The notes below the pieces were generated by a model. That model saw only the letters and a list, made by a program, of their open reading frames with translations, made no database searches and had not been told where the DNA came from. Shown in pieces: positions 34,270 through 36,854 of a DNA stretch of 36,854 nucleotides. The position numbers and the translations under genes were made by a program. Every line of letters starts with the position of its first letter. The stretch's first letter is position 1. The stretch covers positions 1 through 36,854 of the forward strand of contig JAUCBJ010001779.1 in NCBI GenBank assembly GCA_032718475.1, read 5' to 3'. This stretch comes from Nemertoderma westbladi (lineage: Eukaryota > Animalia > Xenacoelomorpha).

Positions 34270-35522
34270 TCAAGTTGATATATCGTTATATCACTCCTAG
34301 ATCAGGTGTTATTCTCTGCACAGTATATTAATAAAAAAATCCCCTCAAAAAAATTGCAGGAATGCAATGCCATTTTGTTTGTACTGTATGTGTGTTTTGC
34401 TGGTTTTGGGTGTAGTTAGTTAGAATAACATGTGTCCTGCACGGCTTAGTGTAGCTGATGAGCCAAATCACAGGGAAAAACGTGCAAAAATGTACCGGTA
34501 ACTAAATATAGGGCTAAAATATTATTTTTCCTAAATTATTCAAATTGAGGAAAACGTTTTAGAACTATATTGAAGAAGGGTTTAGTTAGTGAGTTAATTT
34601 ATTGACAGAAATCAGCAACAATCAAAATTTTACAATAATAATAATATTCACTTTTCGGAACCGTCACCAAAAACGAGGAAACCAAAAAAATAAGGTAACA
34701 AATAATGCACAGTTATAAACAAAGCAACTGAGACAAAGCAAGCACGGCAACACACTGCAGCTTCCATGGGCGTTAATATGTAGCGACTATACAGATATAA
34801 TTCCGATAAAAACTGCTTCATTAATTACTTAATAGAGACAGGGGGGGGGGGGGGGGGGGACTCGACGCAAAACCCGCCTTGGCGAATTAGTATCCCGCCT
34901 TAATGTTAAATTCTCAATTTAGGGAAAGGAGCAGGTTACAGTGGCACGATATTTTAACCAAAACAATAAACTAAACACAATAGAACAGGTTACAGTTTTA
35001 TTTTTGAGAATAATCAGCTGTTATTTGCGTCCAATTTCCCCTGGAGGAGGGATAAATTTTTACTGCGTCCAGTTTCCCCCCCTATCTTACTTAATAACAG
35101 CAAAAATAACGAAACAACATACCAAAAATGAACACGGGGCTACGGTGGCTATGATCTTTGCCAATTAATTAATTTTTTTTTCAGAAGTTCTCCATGACGT
35201 CATAATTTATGGTCGACCAGAAATTAATTTTTGGTATATATGTAGTTGTAGTGTGGCGCACTAAAATCTAACTGCCGCGCCGACGCGTTCTGCGGCGCGA
35301 TCTTTGTTTGTAAGTATTCCGGTCAGGTGGCCTGGGGCTGTACTCATGCGCAGGTACTGCGTACTGGCAGACGTTAATACTGTAATATAATACAGTACCG
35401 GTAATATTTATTGTCTATGTCGTCACCCGTATTCTGCCCCAACTTGCCCCACCGTACTGCCGTAGCTGTAGCATTGCGCATTTTAATAATTCCCGGTCTA
35501 CCGGTAACAATAATTTGACATA

Positions 35523-36787
35523 ATGGTGACCGTTTTGAGAGAGGAGAATATTGCTAATTGGCAGGGAAATATTACTCCAAAGGTGAACTTAATGAAAAGC
35601 ATTATAAATCGAATAGAATTCCCCAATTCGACTATATATATTCTCGAGTTTGTTGATAAATACTTCCAAAGTGTTCAACAGCATTCCGGAAATTTCCCTA
35701 ACCAAAATGTAGTTATTCAATTTATATCAGAGTTTGTTTTTATGGAAGGCCGGCAAAAATTTAACCCGTTACAAGAGTTTACTCTTGTCGACGCGGTTTA
35801 TAAATTCATCAAGAACTGCTCCCCGAAAATTCGTTATCCAGTATTCGATTCTCTGTTCGGAAAGAAAACCGGAGGTTCCGGGGTCGATGTTCGACTTGAG
35901 GTTTTATGTAAGTTGTCGTCATTGGCGGTTTCCATGGAATCCAAACAGATTCTCCCTCTCATTGGCCAGTGGATCCAGCTGCGCGGCACTTCGTGCCGCA
36001 AGGTTAAACTCGTGTGTCGCACTCTCGTGCAGGACTTCTGCGTGTTGTACCCCCATCTGAGCGGCTCCCTAGAGAACTGCCTCAACATCCACGAACCGCT
36101 ATCCGCTGGTTTACTTAACCTTTTCACCGTTCTCTACTCCGTCAATATCGAACCCCCGCAATTCAATCTGCCGCCCAAACCGCTGATAAAGTTGGTGCTG
36201 AACTGGTTAACGAAGAATCCGAATCTAACGGGTAATGCGGCCTTCGGCCAGTTCAGCCACATATCGATATACCCCGCCGAGGAGATAGTCATACGGAAAG
36301 CGCAGTCCACGATAGCTGGTCTCGCATGCTGGTCCATATGCGGACCGGTTATTCTGCAAAACCAAAACAAAGTATCACCCAGAACTGAAGAGATCGATTT
36401 CTACTATAAGTTACATTACTGCGTTCTAAAGTCGTTCACCTCCGCCAAATCGGAGCAAACTTCCTCTTCCATCGAGGATAATCCCCGTCAACGTTTGGAC
36501 TCCACGGATATAATAGAACCCGATGATCTCATAAACGGAAACGTTATAGAACTGCTCACCGTTATGGATATAAAACGTTTAGTGGAACAACTAGAGGTTG
36601 TCCATACCGAGTTGTCCTCGACAAGGACAGTGAAACTTCCTCCTTAATGATGGACAGGTTCACTCAGATTATCCAGGTCGCCATGGCTTCCGGTTGTATT
36701 CTGTGTTCCCACAACGACATTAAGTCAGTGTGCTACTCGCTTCCTCGCAATAAGTTGTTAAATACTTTTTTAAACAAGGAAGTTTAA
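35523..36787 (+). CDS. INTS15: Integrator complex subunit 15 (C7orf26 homolog), single coding exon with a -1 frame discontinuity near 36612-36620
   Basis: EFVF...FNPLQEFTL...VFDSLF...RLEVLCKLSSLAV...LVQDFCVL...YYKLHYCVL match INTS15 as recalled. The conserved C-terminus MDRFTQIIQVAMASGCILCS.NDIKSVC..LPRNKLL lies in the -1 frame (36620-36787, TAA at 36785-36787). The true start may be the downstream MKSII. Confidence 0.88.
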
Positions 36788-36854
36788 CTTCAGATTGTGA
36801 AGAATTTTGGTTTTTCTTATAAATAAGAAAAAATAATCTTAATAAATAAACTAA

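Noticed and set aside
34437-34486. Hammerhead ribozyme (CTGATGAGCC...GGGAAA with TGCACG/CGTGCA stem)
   Set aside because: No proper stem I, poor NUH register and only a 2-bp stem II; at best a degenerate relic.

Overview
Repeat-rich, AT-rich animal (probably bilaterian invertebrate) genomic DNA; the species cannot be identified from the sequence. It holds three conserved host genes, all with intronless coding regions: REPS1/2-like (18153-19745 +), glia maturation factor (29445-29876 -) and INTS15/C7orf26-like (35523-36787 +, with a -1 frame discontinuity near 36620). Most of the rest is nested mobile DNA. The main element is a 3.35-kb IS3EU-like DNA transposon (2627-5974, TACGG termini, 6-bp TSD CTTGTC). 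It carries a dead DDE transposase and a convergent HECT ubiquitin-ligase C-lobe, and its long TIRs are arrays of CCAAT boxes; a short MITE with the same termini lies at 24256-24593. Also present: an L2/Crack-like LINE split by a TA-flanked element, a CR1 3' end split by a hAT MITE that itself contains a minisatellite foldback element, RTE and CR1 fragments, a tRNA-derived Deu/Nin-type SINE, and a decayed spliced gene of unknown family (670-2331 -). Unexplained signals: a bipartite motif with invariant 30-bp spacing shared by unrelated elements, a co-oriented cluster of CTCF-like sites, and motif-biased micro-insertions. All family assignments rest on motifs recalled from memory, not on database searches.
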